From Macrostomum lignano (taxonomy: Eukaryota): a DNA stretch of 64,000 nt. The notes below the pieces were generated by a model that ran no database searches, was not told the origin of the DNA, and worked only from the letters and a program-made list of their open reading frames with translations. Below are positions 1 through 11,365 of the stretch, piece after piece; the stretch's first letter is position 1; every line of letters begins with the position of its first letter. The stretch is taken from assembly GCA_002269645.1 (NCBI GenBank), contig NIVC01001051.1, forward strand, positions 186,001-250,000. The letters run 5' to 3'. A program made the position numbers and the translations under genes.

Positions 1-1299
1 CGGCTTGGTGCTTCGCAGCTGTAGGCCCGGAATGATGCTGTCACAATCGCTGCAGATAGCTAGCAGGTGATGGATCTTAACTTCGATGCTTGATGCAATC
101 AACCGGGGGGAGACGTCCTGGATGATGAGGGGGGGGGGGGTTGTTGCAATCCGGGGATCAAGAGACGACGGTCGTGACTCCGGAATGGGAGCCGCCAACG
201 TAAAGTGGTTCGAGTCCCGGGAGCCCGAAGGTGTAGAACAGTGCGTGCCAAAAACATCGGTTTATATAGCCGCCAACTGGACTGCAATTTGTTAAAATGG
301 AACACCTCGACGCTGATTGGCTGAGCCGATTTGTTATAACTGATGTCGAATTTTCTGATTTGGCTGAGCTTGTTGCCATCCAACCTCACGTGACCAAAAG
401 ATCCTATTAGTTCCCTCGGGGCCATAAAATACGCCAGGTGTTGTCATAAACCACTCAAAATCGCTACATTATGATTTATGACCTTTCGCGTAGGAATGAC
501 AGAAATTAATGAAAAAATATGCATTAGAAAGATCTTCTTAAGTAGAAGGTGAAGATGGTGAAGAGAAATCGCTAATCGCTAATCCCAAAGTACTTTTAGG
601 GGTAAAACGCATAGCTGTCAGAGCTGTCACACGCTTGAGTGAACACGAACAATAGGCTCCAACTTCATAAATCTGATGGCCTGTCAAAAATGAAGAGAAA
701 AAAGCTACCGCCCGCATCCTCTCAGACCATCTGGCGCCAGCCTCAACACTGAGTGAAGCGCAGGTGGCTGTCAGACAAGCTCACAAGGAATGATTTATGA
801 CCCCAAAAGTAACGAAAACCGCGCCTATGTTATAGTGAATACAGGTATGGCAAAATCATAGCTACAGAAATCCTACTAGTATGAATTTTAGGAAAATTAC
901 ATAAAAAGAAGAAAAATGTCCATGCCTGCTCTTAGTAGGCTAACAGGCTTGGAACCCATGTGCGAGCGTGAGATTAGGGAAAAAGTGCGTCCTCATCACC
1001 ACATTTAGTTGGTCATACTGCCAAATTAAGCTATATAATATACAAGCTGTTGAAACCCGCGGATTTTGAACCCGGGGAATTCCAATAACCGGAACTACTT
1101 TTGCATGTATTCTGAAGTCTAAGGCCATACACAAACGAAAACTTGTTAATAGTTAGTAGGATAGAGGTAGACATAAAATGGAGCACATTCGTGTAAAATT
1201 AGGGTTTGAGACATTGTTGGCTGGGGTACTGCGCAGAATGTCAGGCAATGTCTGTCTGACTCTAAAACATATATTGCTAAACTCTGGTCTCTCCCTGAC

Positions 1300-2790
1300 T
1301 CTCCCTACGTCCCTTGGATCCTTTAAAATTTCTATCGTCTCTTTGTTTCCTCTCATCTCTCTCGTCCCTCGTCTCTCGTCTCTCCTCTCTCCCCTCTTCT
1401 CTCGTATCTTCCCTCATCTCTCTTCTCTTTCATCTCTCTTATCTCATCCCTTGTCTCTTCTTTTCTCTCTCCTCTCCTCTCTCCTCTCCTCTCTCCTCTC
1501 TCCCCTCTCCTCTCACCCCCTCTTCTCTCTTATCTTCCTTCTCCTTTATATTCTTTTCTCTCTTCTCTTAACTCTCTCCTCTGCTCTCTCATCTTTCCCC
1601 TCTTCTCTCGTATCTTCCCTCACCTCTCTTCTCTTTCATCTCTCTTATCTCATCCCTTCTCTTCTTTTCTCTCTCCTCTCCTCTCTCCTCTCCCCCTCTT
1701 CTCTCGTATCTTCCCTCATCTCTCTTCTCTTTCATCTCTCTTATCTCATCTCTTGTCTCTTCTTTTCTCTCTCCTCTCCTCTCTCCTCTCTACTTTTTCG
1801 TTTTCTCTCTCCTCTCCTCTCTCCTCTCTCTCTCCCTCTCCTCTCTCCTCTCACCCCCTCTTCTCTCTTATCTTCCTTCTCCTTTCTATTCTTTTCTCTC
1901 TTCTCTTAACTCTCTCCTCTACTCTCTCATCTCTCCCCTCTTCTCTCGTCTCTTCCCTCACCTCTTTTCTCTCTCGTCTTTGCTCTCTCATCTTTCCTTT
2001 CTCTTCTTTTATCTTTTCTCTCTTATCTCTTCTCATTTCTCTCTGCTCCCCCCTCTCTCTTTCTCTCTCTCTTCTCTGTCTTTCTCTCTTATGTATCCTC
2101 CTCTCTCTACTCTCTCCCCTCTCCATTCTCCTCTTTCCTCTCCTCTCTCCTCACTCACTTCTCTACCTTTGTCTCTCCTCTCTCCTCTCGTCTCTGTAAC
2201 CTCTCCTCTGTTCTCTCTACTCTCCCATCTTTTATCTGTTCACTCTCGTCTCTGCTCTCTCATCCCCCTCTTTAATCTGGCATCTCTGTCTTATATGTTC
2301 TCTCACCTCTCTCCTCTGTACTCTTCTTTCCCCTCTTTTGACCCCTCACTTTCCTTTCTTCTTTTCTCTTCTCTTCCCTTTTCTATACTCTGTCTCCCTC
2401 TCTTCTCTCACTCCACTCTCCTCTCTCCGTTATCTCTCATCTCTCATTTCTCATCTCTCCTTCCACCTCTCTTATCTCTACAACCTTAGAGATGTAGAGA
2501 TGTATCTTTATCTCTTCTCTCTTCCCTTTACTCTCTCATCTCTTCTTTCACCTGTTTCCTCTCTGCTCTCCTCTCTGCTGTCTCCTCTCATCTGCAGCTC
2601 TCTTCTCTCTCATCTCTACTCTCTCCTCTCGCTTTTCCTCTCTCCCCTCTTCTCCCCTCTCTCTCATCGTCCTCACCCCCTCATCTCTCCTATTATCTTT
2701 TATCTTTTCTTTTTTCCCCTCTGTCGCTTCTCCTCTCTTCGAATCGTCTATTCCTTCTTCTTTCCACTTTCATCTGCCCCTCAGCTATGA
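1300..2790. repeat. CT-rich low-complexity/simple repeat tract
   Basis: Almost pure pyrimidine (ctct/tctc) on the + strand with internal duplicated blocks; gives Leu/Ser-only pseudo-ORFs. Confidence 0.95.
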
Positions 2791-4501
2791 GCTGGATTCT
2801 TTATCTGGCCTTTGAGGTAAAAGTCTGCCCATCCCTGCTTGGAAAGCCAGTTTGTGGGACGTAGTACTCTCATGGTTGTTCTCATGATTTGATCACGTCA
2901 TCTTTCTTGCCAATTTGCAGCCCTGAAAGGAATTTGTGTATTTTCAGCTCCACTGCAGTCTGCATCAGTCTAACAACCAAGGAAATAAGCATTTCTTAGG
3001 AGGACATTTAAAATTTAAAGTACTTTTAAGAGAAACCTAAAATTTCCATGGTGTGACTAATTTAGTAGGGTTGTATTGCATTGCATCGCCTTTTCATAAA
3101 TCTTTCGCTTTTACAAATCATGCTGGATTCCCTCGATTTGCCAATTGCCATCCACTGTTAAACTGCTGCAGAGTTTGCCAATACAGAGGACAGTGGTTAG
3201 AGTTTCTCACTAAACTGTTATGGCTAAACGTAGCCTCTCCACTTTCGGGGTGCAGAGAAGGCTATAAATAAAGTTATTCCAAAACACTGTACATTTGCTA
3301 TGTACATTCAGTCCTATCGCCTGACCCTTCGTCTGGCTCTGGGGAAATGAGTGAGTGAGTGGCACAAACAACAGAAAAAGCAGACAAACTTCACATGCTT
3401 ACAGTTTCTTTTTCGGTTGAGTTACAGAGTTGAAACTTTACATTTAGACAGAGAATGGGTCAATGAAGAATTGTGTCAAGTTTGAAGTCAATCGCTTTAC
3501 GTGGAGCAAACTTATGGCAGCTGAAAGTTAGTCAATTTTGAAACCCTTTTACACATCTGGGCCCAGATCGGGAAAGAGAGGCAGGCGGGCGGAGGTTGGG
3601 GTGGTTGCTACGCTGAAAAAAACAGCCTAACTTTAAAAGTGCACAGCACCGCTCAGGATTAACTTTGAGATTTGAAAGTTTACACGATTGTGTCAAAATA
3701 GTTGAAAATTGATTGTGTCAAATTTAAAGAGAATCGGTAGAAGTGGAGCGGCGCTATGGAGGATTAAGTGAAAAAATCGCGCATTTTGAGCAGTTTTTTG
3801 TACTTTTAGGTAGGAAAACTCAAATTTAGGAAATTTTAAGGTAGCCTAAGACATTCTCCGTAGTAAGTTTAGGGTGGGTGTAAAGTTTGGTGTCATTTGG
3901 TTGAGCGGTTTGGGAGTCCATAGCGAAGTAATTGTCCACAGACAGACAGACAGAGTTTTGGTTTTTATAGGTAGAGATGTGACACGGTTTATAAAGTCTT
4001 CAAGAGTGAAATATTCTCGTATTAAAGAAAAAAGAGAAGAGCATCGCGCAGACTAAGTTAAGTGTGTGGTGAGAAAAATGCATCATGCAACGTCTCGCCA
4101 AGCTGGGTGTGGAGCCCACATCTATTGGCACAGTAATTATTCCAAATAAATCAATTATAATTGGCTCACCCATTACCTAATTACAACCACACAGCGGGGG
4201 GGGGCAGCAGGGGTTAAGTGCAGTCAGTGGAAAACACGGCTAGCTAAAGCCTTCGTGTGGTGGGGTGCTGACTTTGCCCCAGCCCCGAGAATAGTTTGAT
4301 TCTCGTCTCCTCCAGCCAATCATGGCGCGGCTAAGCCCAGCCCCCTTTTTGCCATTATCAAACCCAGCACCCCGCTTGTATTTTAGAATCAGCAGGCCCT
4401 AAACAAACCAATTGTCCAGCTTTCGATATCGCCAAATCAGTGGCTTGTTGACCGTATAAGCTCAGTTGAACACAGCAGCCCCAAGCGCGAGCAGCCCAGC
4501 C

Positions 4502-5698
4502 ATGTCTTATCGCTACTTTCATTCGCAGCGCCGCTCAAGCAACAACAACTGCTACTATGGCATGGCTTATCCGCAGCCGGAGCAGCCCATGCACTACACA
4601 CACAATGGCTACTTTATCTACCAGCATCCGCTCGAGATGGAGTACCAGAGAAGCCGACCGGCTAAGCTGTCGCCCCGCGTTCTGAACCGACGCTTCAAGA
4701 AAGTCACCATCCAGCTGAACGAGAACCGAGTCCTCGTGGTCAGCGTCGCTGTAGGCAAGGGCAACAAGCCGAGCTTGGTGTTCTCGCAGTGCGAGGGCTC
4801 CTACGAGAATCGAACTAGCTCGGTCAACATTCCGGAGGCCCTAGTCGTGCCGTTCATCCAGCAGCTGCACAAGCTGTCGAAGTGGCGACCGTCCACTTCT
4901 GGCAGCCTGCCAGCCAGCCAGGGCCTCAGCCACGAGGACACGGTGTTCAGAGCGCTGCTCGCCTGCCAGAGCGGACCGGAAGTGCCGCCAGAGTCCCGCC
5001 TGTACGCCATCCGGATCGTGGCGGAAGCTCGAGCTCGCGATCCGCACGACCGGAAAGAGCTCGCCGCGGTGTCCATCCCGCTGGAGACCAGCTACCTCAT
5101 GAAGGTGAAAGAGGCTCTCAATGATGTGATTGTGGCATCGGCCGAGTCGCCGCTCTACCACACCAAGTCGCTGCACTGTGCGGACGGCTCTAAATTCTAC
5201 CTAGACATGATCCGCGACGACGAGGCTCACTACCTGAAGGTGTCGCAGGTGACCCGCGAGTACCGGAGCATCATGCACGTGCCAGCCGAGGATCTGGACG
5301 CATTCAAGGACATTATCGAGGCCAGCGTCCGAGCGATGAAGAGCCACCTGGATGAGCACAAGGCCGGCAGCGCCAATTCGTCGGGCTCGTCCAAGAAGCG
5401 TCGCAATCGACAGAGTCGGCGTCGACAGAAGCGCTCGACGGACGGCAAGGGCGGCCAGGAGGCCGGAAACAACAAGGCCAGCGGCGGCAGCGAGTCCACT
5501 GCCAGCGACTGCGAGGAGATCGGCAAAGAGAACGCCAAGCCAAAGCCGGAGCGAAGCGACAACGACACGACGGTCGGCAAGGAGGATGCCGTGGTCGAAG
5601 AGTCGAAGAAAGATCAAGAAGAGCAGAAGAAGGCCGACGACAAAGAAGCGTCCGGCGACTTAACAGCGGCTCCTCCAGCCTCAGCCGCCAGCGAGTAG
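4502..5698 (+). CDS. Intronless Pur-alpha/beta (PUR repeat) family nucleic-acid-binding protein, 398 aa, divergent
   Basis: Open frame from gccATG at 4502 to TAG. Segment KFYLDMIRDDEAHYLKVSQVTREYRSIMHVPAEDLDAFKDII (~5192-5317) matches the PUR-repeat pattern (K-FYLD...FL(K/R)(I/V)S(E/Q)...R..I.(I/V)P.....F). Weaker repeats lie upstream, followed by a basic KKRRNRQSRRRQKR tail and an acidic tail. AATAAA at 6013. Confidence 0.75.
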   Translation: MSYRYFHSQRRSSNNNCYYGMAYPQPEQPMHYTHNGYFIYQHPLEMEYQRSRPAKLSPRVLNRRFKKVTIQLNENRVLVVSVAVGKGNKPSLVFSQCEGSYENRTSSVNIPEALVVPFIQQLHKLSKWRPSTSGSLPASQGLSHEDTVFRALLACQSGPEVPPESRLYAIRIVAEARARDPHDRKELAAVSIPLETSYLMKVKEALNDVIVASAESPLYHTKSLHCADGSKFYLDMIRDDEAHYLKVSQVTREYRSIMHVPAEDLDAFKDIIEASVRAMKSHLDEHKAGSANSSGSSKKRRNRQSRRRQKRSTDGKGGQEAGNNKASGGSESTASDCEEIGKENAKPKPERSDNDTTVGKEDAVVEESKKDQEEQKKADDKEASGDLTAAPPASAASE

Positions 5699-6271
5699 TG
5701 GAACCCGAGACTCCGAGAGGCTGAAGCTGCTCTGTCGCATATTGGCTGCCCACAGCAGCAGATCGAAGTGACACACAACAATTTTCTAGCTAAGCAATAC
5801 CGTACCGTAATTCAAAACCGGATTTCTCACTTTTGGCTGAATTGACAAAGCTTTTTATGACTATAGCCATCAATTTACCAACAATAATTTCAAAAGCACG
5901 CTAATTTAACTTTGTATTGTCAAGGGAAATGCAGGAACGATGCTTGCTAACTTTGCTTTTTCACAGCGCGTGTGTTTTTGTCTTAGCCGAAGCCGAACAG
6001 ACCTTACGATATAATAAATATCACTTTCAACTTTAAATAAAAACGGAAAATTAAAAAATAAAACGGCTGTCTTTTTCTTTGTGATTTCTCTAAAGAAGTA
6101 AATTTATTTTGGATCTTTGAAGTTTTGCTTGCTGAAGGCACCAAGTGAGCGACTAGGCTTAGGAAGTACGAGCGTACAAGCGTACATGCAAGTGAATAAG
6201 CAAAATTAGGACAAATTTTTCAGAGACAAATCTAGCAAGGTATTCGCTTCTTCGATACTTCAGAGGTGACT

Positions 6272-6450
6272 GCCTCTCCCCCCGTTCCTTCACGGGCACC
6301 GCTTCATCCCCCCGTTCCTTCAGGGCACCGCTTCATTCCCCCCCGTTCCTTCAGGGGCACCGCTTCATTTCCCCCGCTCCTTCAGGGGCACCGCTTCATT
6401 CCCCCCGTTCCTTTAGGGGCACCGCTTCATTGCCCGTTCTTTCAGGGGCA
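6272..6450. repeat. ~30-bp tandem repeat (caccgcttcatyccccccgttccttcagggg), ~5 copies
   Basis: Direct inspection of the repeating unit. Confidence 0.85.
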
Positions 6451-6937
6451 AAAGTGTAGTTAAATCAGTTTGCGCGTAAATTTGTCTTTTAAAAATCAGG
6501 AACGAATCACTAGTTACTACAAATTGCACTTTTAAAATAAAAAGTCGATAAACAAAAAACTAGCCGATTAAAATATTCAATTTGATTAAAATGTGTTTTA
6601 AAAATCAGAGTCGCAAGTGCGTGACACGAGACTTTGCGACTGTTTAAGTGAACACTAAATTGAATTGAAAACGGGAAAAAAAGTTAAATATCAAAGTGCA
6701 AATGAAATCTGCTCGATAAAATAGCATTAATATCAGTTTGAGTGACAGCAAAAAATGCCCAGCAGAAACCGACTTTGACTTATTGACAGCATTTCATTCT
6801 GTAGGCGACTACACGGATAACCTTGAATTTTCTATTAATACTTCTCAAAATTTCAATCATGGACAAGTATAGATTCTAAGGACTCCACACTAGCGAACAC
6901 CAGCATCCTACTGTAAGTAGCTTCAAGCGATCGCGAT

Positions 6938-9900
6938 CTACTCTTGATAAACGACAAACACGGTGGCCACAGCGTACAGCGAGTTGTTGTCAAACTGGCT
7001 GCTGACAAAATTGTCTACAGAATCGTCCCACAGACAGCGGCTTGCCATGCTGAGGCCGTGCGGGCCTCTGGCTCCGATGCTGCACAGAGAGATCACCTTG
7101 TAGCGTCCTGCCGGCGACTGCAGCTCCTTCATGCGGCTTCTGATTACCTGCGATGGCGGGGGGTTGGGATTCATCTGGAAGCTGTTGAGTTTCGGATATA
7201 AACTTGTTGGAAACAGCACACGGTTCAGATAAGAAAGTAGACAGTTGTGGAACAGATGGAAAACAGTAAACTCGGAAACAGTAAATTCAAACAAAGTAAT
7301 CCCGGAAATAAATGATTTTGAGACAGATGATCTGAAAACAGATGATTCGGAAACAGTAAATTCGGAAAAAGTAATTTAGACACGGTAATTCGAAATTTAT
7401 GACTCGGAAACTGTCGATTTGGAAACAGATGATCCGGAAACATTCGGAAACAGATGATTCAGAAACAGATGATTCGGAAACAGATTATTCGGAAACAGAT
7501 TATTCGGAAACAGATGATTCAGAAACAGATGATTCGGAAACAGATTATTCAGAAACAGATGATTCGGAAACAGAAGATTCGGAAACAGATGATTCGGAAA
7601 CAGTAAATTCGGAAATAGTAAACATTCGAACACAGTAAACCAGGAAACTGACGATTTTAAGCAGACGATTAAGAAAAAGCAAATTCTGAAAGATATAGTT
7701 AGAAGCAGACGATTTGGTTTGGAAACTGGAAAATTGAAAAAAACAAGTCCATAAAAATAGGAAAAAGCCAGTTCAAGCAGCGAACGTGATGAGTCAGAAC
7801 CGGTCTTAGCGACCGCAAAATCACAAACTCTAATTGGATTAGCAAATCGCCTGTCAAGCTCACCTGGCTAATGCTCTGGCTCATTGTTCGAGCGAATTCC
7901 TCCGCGTAGCTCTCCCGTCCAGGTAGTCCCTGAGAATTTGGCGCAGAACTCGGCCAGCCTGTCCGAGCGAGAACTGGCCAGTGGCCGAGGGGCCGAGCTG
8001 ATAGGTGTTTTCCAGGCGAACTGCGGGGCCCATTGACTGCGCCTGCTGCTGCTGCTCAGCTTCCGCTTGAGCTTGAGACGCGACGCTGATGGAGCTGCAG
8101 CCAGCGCAGTGAGGCGGGAGAATTGATTTTCTTAGACATGAGCTGAAGGCCGGTGGCCTTGGGTCGTCGGTAGGGACACTGGCTTAGTCAAGCAGGGGAT
8201 GTCATGGCCACCTATGACCAACATCCCAGAGTAGAATCCTGGTTCTACTCTCGGTGGGAATCGATGGATCAATTCTAAGTCTGACAAGATCTATACTCAG
8301 CAACAGTCAAAAGTTCCACCCTCCAAATTGCGAAAACTTCACACTCACAATTCAACCCTCAAGTTACGCAACTAAGCCGCCGCGAGGAAGGGAAAGTTGA
8401 TTGACTATCAATACTCGTAGTAAAATCATAAATTTTTTATGCAATATTTAGTTAGAATCGCGATGCGTGTGGGATCCCCTCGCACGCAGAAGTGCGACGA
8501 CTCTGCGGGGCATCCCAATGATGAGGCGGCGCAGAAAGTCCTTTTAGAAGCCGCTCCGAAGCGTTTTCAATGGCATGACGCAGAGCTCTCCGCAACATTC
8601 TATGGTGGATTCTCTTTTCGAATGCCACGTTTTAGGAAGTCCCAGACATACTCGATGGGATTCATGTCGGGGGACCGGGAAGTCCAGCGCAGAGTGCGCA
8701 GCTGTAGCTGTTCCTACAGTTGTTGACTAACAGCATCGGCTTGGTGTGGCGGGGCGTTGTTCCTGGGCTTGGGTCTGCTTAATGTCCAGGCCTGAACCAT
8801 TAAGCAGACCCAAGCCACCCCCAAGCGGCAATAAGCTTTGCGCGTGCCGTAGGTTGTGTCACTCGCAATAAGTGAAAAAATCATCTCGCTTAGTGGGGTG
8901 GAACTTTTGACTGTTGCTGAGTATATGTCTAGGCCATGAGGGTCCATTTCATAGGGCGTGTAGGATCCTTTCTAATTTTTCATGATCAACTCCATAGGTC
9001 ATTCAGGATCAACTCCATAGGTCATTCAGGATCAACTCCATAGGTCATTCAGGATCAACTCCATAGGTCATTCAGGATCCAGTCTAGGTCATACAGGATC
9101 CAGTCTAGGTCATACATGCTCAACGCCGTAGGTCATACAGGATCCACTTCATAGGTCATACATGCTCAACTCCATAGAGAGTATGCACAAATCAAAAATA
9201 TTCATGCATTAAAAACTTCAAGATTGCATTTTATAGACTGTAATATCAAAGAATGCAGGAAATTTTAGATGACCAAAACTTTTGCTAGAAAATAAAAGAT
9301 TTCAGTAGTAGAAGTGCTCAGAAGTTTGACTAGATTCAAGCTAACAAATAAACAAAAACTTCTCTTGTAGTGCAAAACAAAATTAAATAATTGCCCAGAC
9401 TGAACATAAGAATGCAAGACCAAAATAATGAGCAAGTTACAAAACATAACAAAGCATTAAAGACTAATTAAAGAAATGATAAAAACATCATACATGCTTT
9501 TTATTTTAATTGTCACCAAAACCAAAATAGAAATTTTCACTTACTGCAGGCACCCTTTATTATTAAGGGATAGGAGTGTGGCTGAAAAATATTAGCAGTT
9601 CAATTTTAAATAGCAAAAAGCAAGGAACTTAAAATTAGGTATTATGTAACAAAAGCAGATATGCTACTTATAGTCTGTTTACTGGTGTCGAATCTACAAA
9701 CAGGTGTTAGCTGGGCCTTGTTTCTAGTACAATTAATATGTGCTTTGGTTTTGTTAAAAAATGGATTCTTATTGGGTTGTTTATATGAAATAAAAGCCAT
9801 TCAGGCGTTACAATTCAACAACCTGCTATCACTATCATAATCCTCACTGATGAGGCTCCCATCTCTGTAATAGTTAGTTAATCACAAGATTAGTTGGGGA

Positions 9901-10082
9901 TAATGGGGAAATGCACTTTTAAGAAGCTTTGCATACTACACTATAGAAACTTGGGCAACTCACTGCTTGTATTTTCCGCCACCGAAGTGCTTCAACTGTA
10001 CGATGGGTCCCCCTCCTGAAGGAAATGAACTCTGCTTCCTGAGATTTCGAGCAGCTCGATCCTTAGCCAAGTCAGTTGCCAT
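6938..10082 (-). CDS. TCTEX1D1: Tctex1-domain dynein light chain (TCTEX1D1/DYNLT5-like); exons 10082-9964, 8142-7864 (one base missing near 7914-7916), 7147-6938
   Basis: Spliced product MATDLAKDRAARNLRKQSS...VRLENTYQLGP...YLDG[E]SYAEEFARTMSQSISQ/VIRSRMKELQSPAGRYKVISLCSIG...SRCLWDDSVDNFVSSQFDNNSLYAVATVFVVYQE. ENTYQLGP, RYK and SRCLWD..D are Tctex-1 family motifs. Canonical GT-AG sites with matching phases (2, then 0). Confidence 0.88.
7240..7640. repeat. 15-bp minisatellite (ttcggaaacagatga) in TCTEX1D1 intron 2
   Basis: Repeating unit visible; translates as SETDD repeats. Confidence 0.9.
8450..8830 (-). mobile_element. Decayed Tc1/mariner-superfamily transposase fragment (C-terminal DDE region)
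   Basis: Minus-strand translation NNAPPHQADAVSQQL*EQLQLRTLRWTSRSPDMNPIEYVWDFLKR, then after frameshifts LRHAIEN...RRVVALLRARGSHT. This matches the Tc1 motifs DNAxxH, WPxxSPDLNPIE and the terminal 'xRGGHTxY'. It has a stop codon and frameshifts; no TIRs were found. Confidence 0.8.
8985..9175. repeat. 23-bp minisatellite (attcaggatcaactccataggtc)
   Basis: About 8 degenerate copies. Confidence 0.85.
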
Positions 10083-10088
10083 GGGAAT
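10075..10088. promoter_or_regulatory. RFX X-box-like motif GTTGCCATGGGAAT overlapping the TCTEX1D1 start codon
   Basis: 13/14 match to GTTNCCATGGNAAC at the 5' end of a ciliary dynein light-chain gene; function is inferred. Confidence 0.45.
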
Positions 10089-11179
10089 AGATTAATTTAA
10101 ATGCTGCAATAGAAAAGGAACTGTTAGACGTTAGTTTGATTTATTTTAGGAATCACATTATAATACATATGCAGTATAATTGGAGCCATTAGAAGACATG
10201 AAAGAAGTTTTAAAATAAATTATTCTAATTAAAGCGACATGAGCATGAGGATGAGAACATGGACACGACACCATTAATAGAATTGTAAAATACACAATTA
10301 TGAATTATCAAGTAAACAATTCAGTCAAGCTGAGTTCCCATTTAAAGATTTTTTGGCTTTCAGCTTTCAAAAATAATAATTAGAATGCAATGAACTAGAA
10401 ATTTATAAACTGGACAACCGAGTGCCAATACTTAAAAATTTCTGCGATTACTACAAAATTTAGAGAAAAATGGCTAGATTAAATGTTATCAATAGAATAA
10501 TCTAAAACAAGCTTTCAAAATACAAGCAAGAGCTTATAGATGGCAGTACTGTGGTATTAATAGGTCAAAATAATTGCAGGCAGTAGATGCAGTTCTACTT
10601 CTCAGGGCGAATGTTAAATGACAATCGGATGTTACGGTTCAGTAGTAAAAACCAAATCAGGAATAGGCTATTCTCAGATCTAGCCAGTCAAGCTTAGATT
10701 TAAAATCTGCGTTAAATTGTAGTGCAAAATAGGACAATATTGAATTGAGCGCATAGAAGCAAAGTATTGAATTACAAAATTGAATTACGATCGTATATTG
10801 TAAAAAGTATACAAATTTCACACTTAAACTCGTTCCTTATACTTATTTACCTTATCAAAACATAAAAGCAAAAACAAAGTTTTTAGAGAAGTTTTAACTA
10901 TTATTTTTTTCTATTAAAACTAAAATAATAACTTATTGTCAACAAAGTGTTGTTTTTATCAATAGTTATGTAACTGTATTTGTTTTAAGCTACTAAAAGT
11001 TTAAATGAAAGCCGCAGTAAAAATATTTATTTCTGCTTTTTCGTCGACAATATTAGAACTTTATTTGACTTTCGACACTAAGAAACACGTTACTTTAACA
11101 ACAATGTGTTTTTATGCGGATTTAAGTTCGTAGATGGGTCCGATGCATGGTTTCTGTTATGAAAGGATGTACGTACAAA

Positions 11180-11365
11180 CAGTGGCGGATCCAGAGGGGG
11201 GCGGGGGAGCGGCCGCGCCCCCTCTTTTGCCATGGCTGAACTTGCATATAAGGGGGGAGTATTGCAATTTTGGGCTTATTTAGGGCTTATTTTGGGCCAA
11301 CCCAAAAAGTTAGGCCAATCCGCCCGGGACCGCCCCCTTCTTTGAAAATCCTGGATCTGCCACTG
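11180..11365. mobile_element. 186-bp non-autonomous hAT-type MITE
   Basis: 15-bp TIRs cagtggcggatccag / ctggatctgccactg (14/15 match), flanked by a perfect 8-bp TSD cgtacaaa (11172-11179 and 11366-11373). Confidence 0.92.

Noticed and set aside
1-430. Possible minus-strand gene running off the left edge (donor at 199, acceptor at 118, CCAAT boxes at ~315-365)
   Set aside because: Two incompatible reading-frame models fit and no family motif is recognisable, so it is not called.
1178-2790. Leu/Ser-rich 'membrane protein' ORFs
   Set aside because: Translation of a CT-rich simple repeat.
4801-5774. Several antisense/alternate-frame ORFs over the Pur-like gene (likewise over 13299-13880, 31869-32969 and 57871-60189)
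   Set aside because: Shadow ORFs expected from GC-rich coding sequence with few antisense stops.
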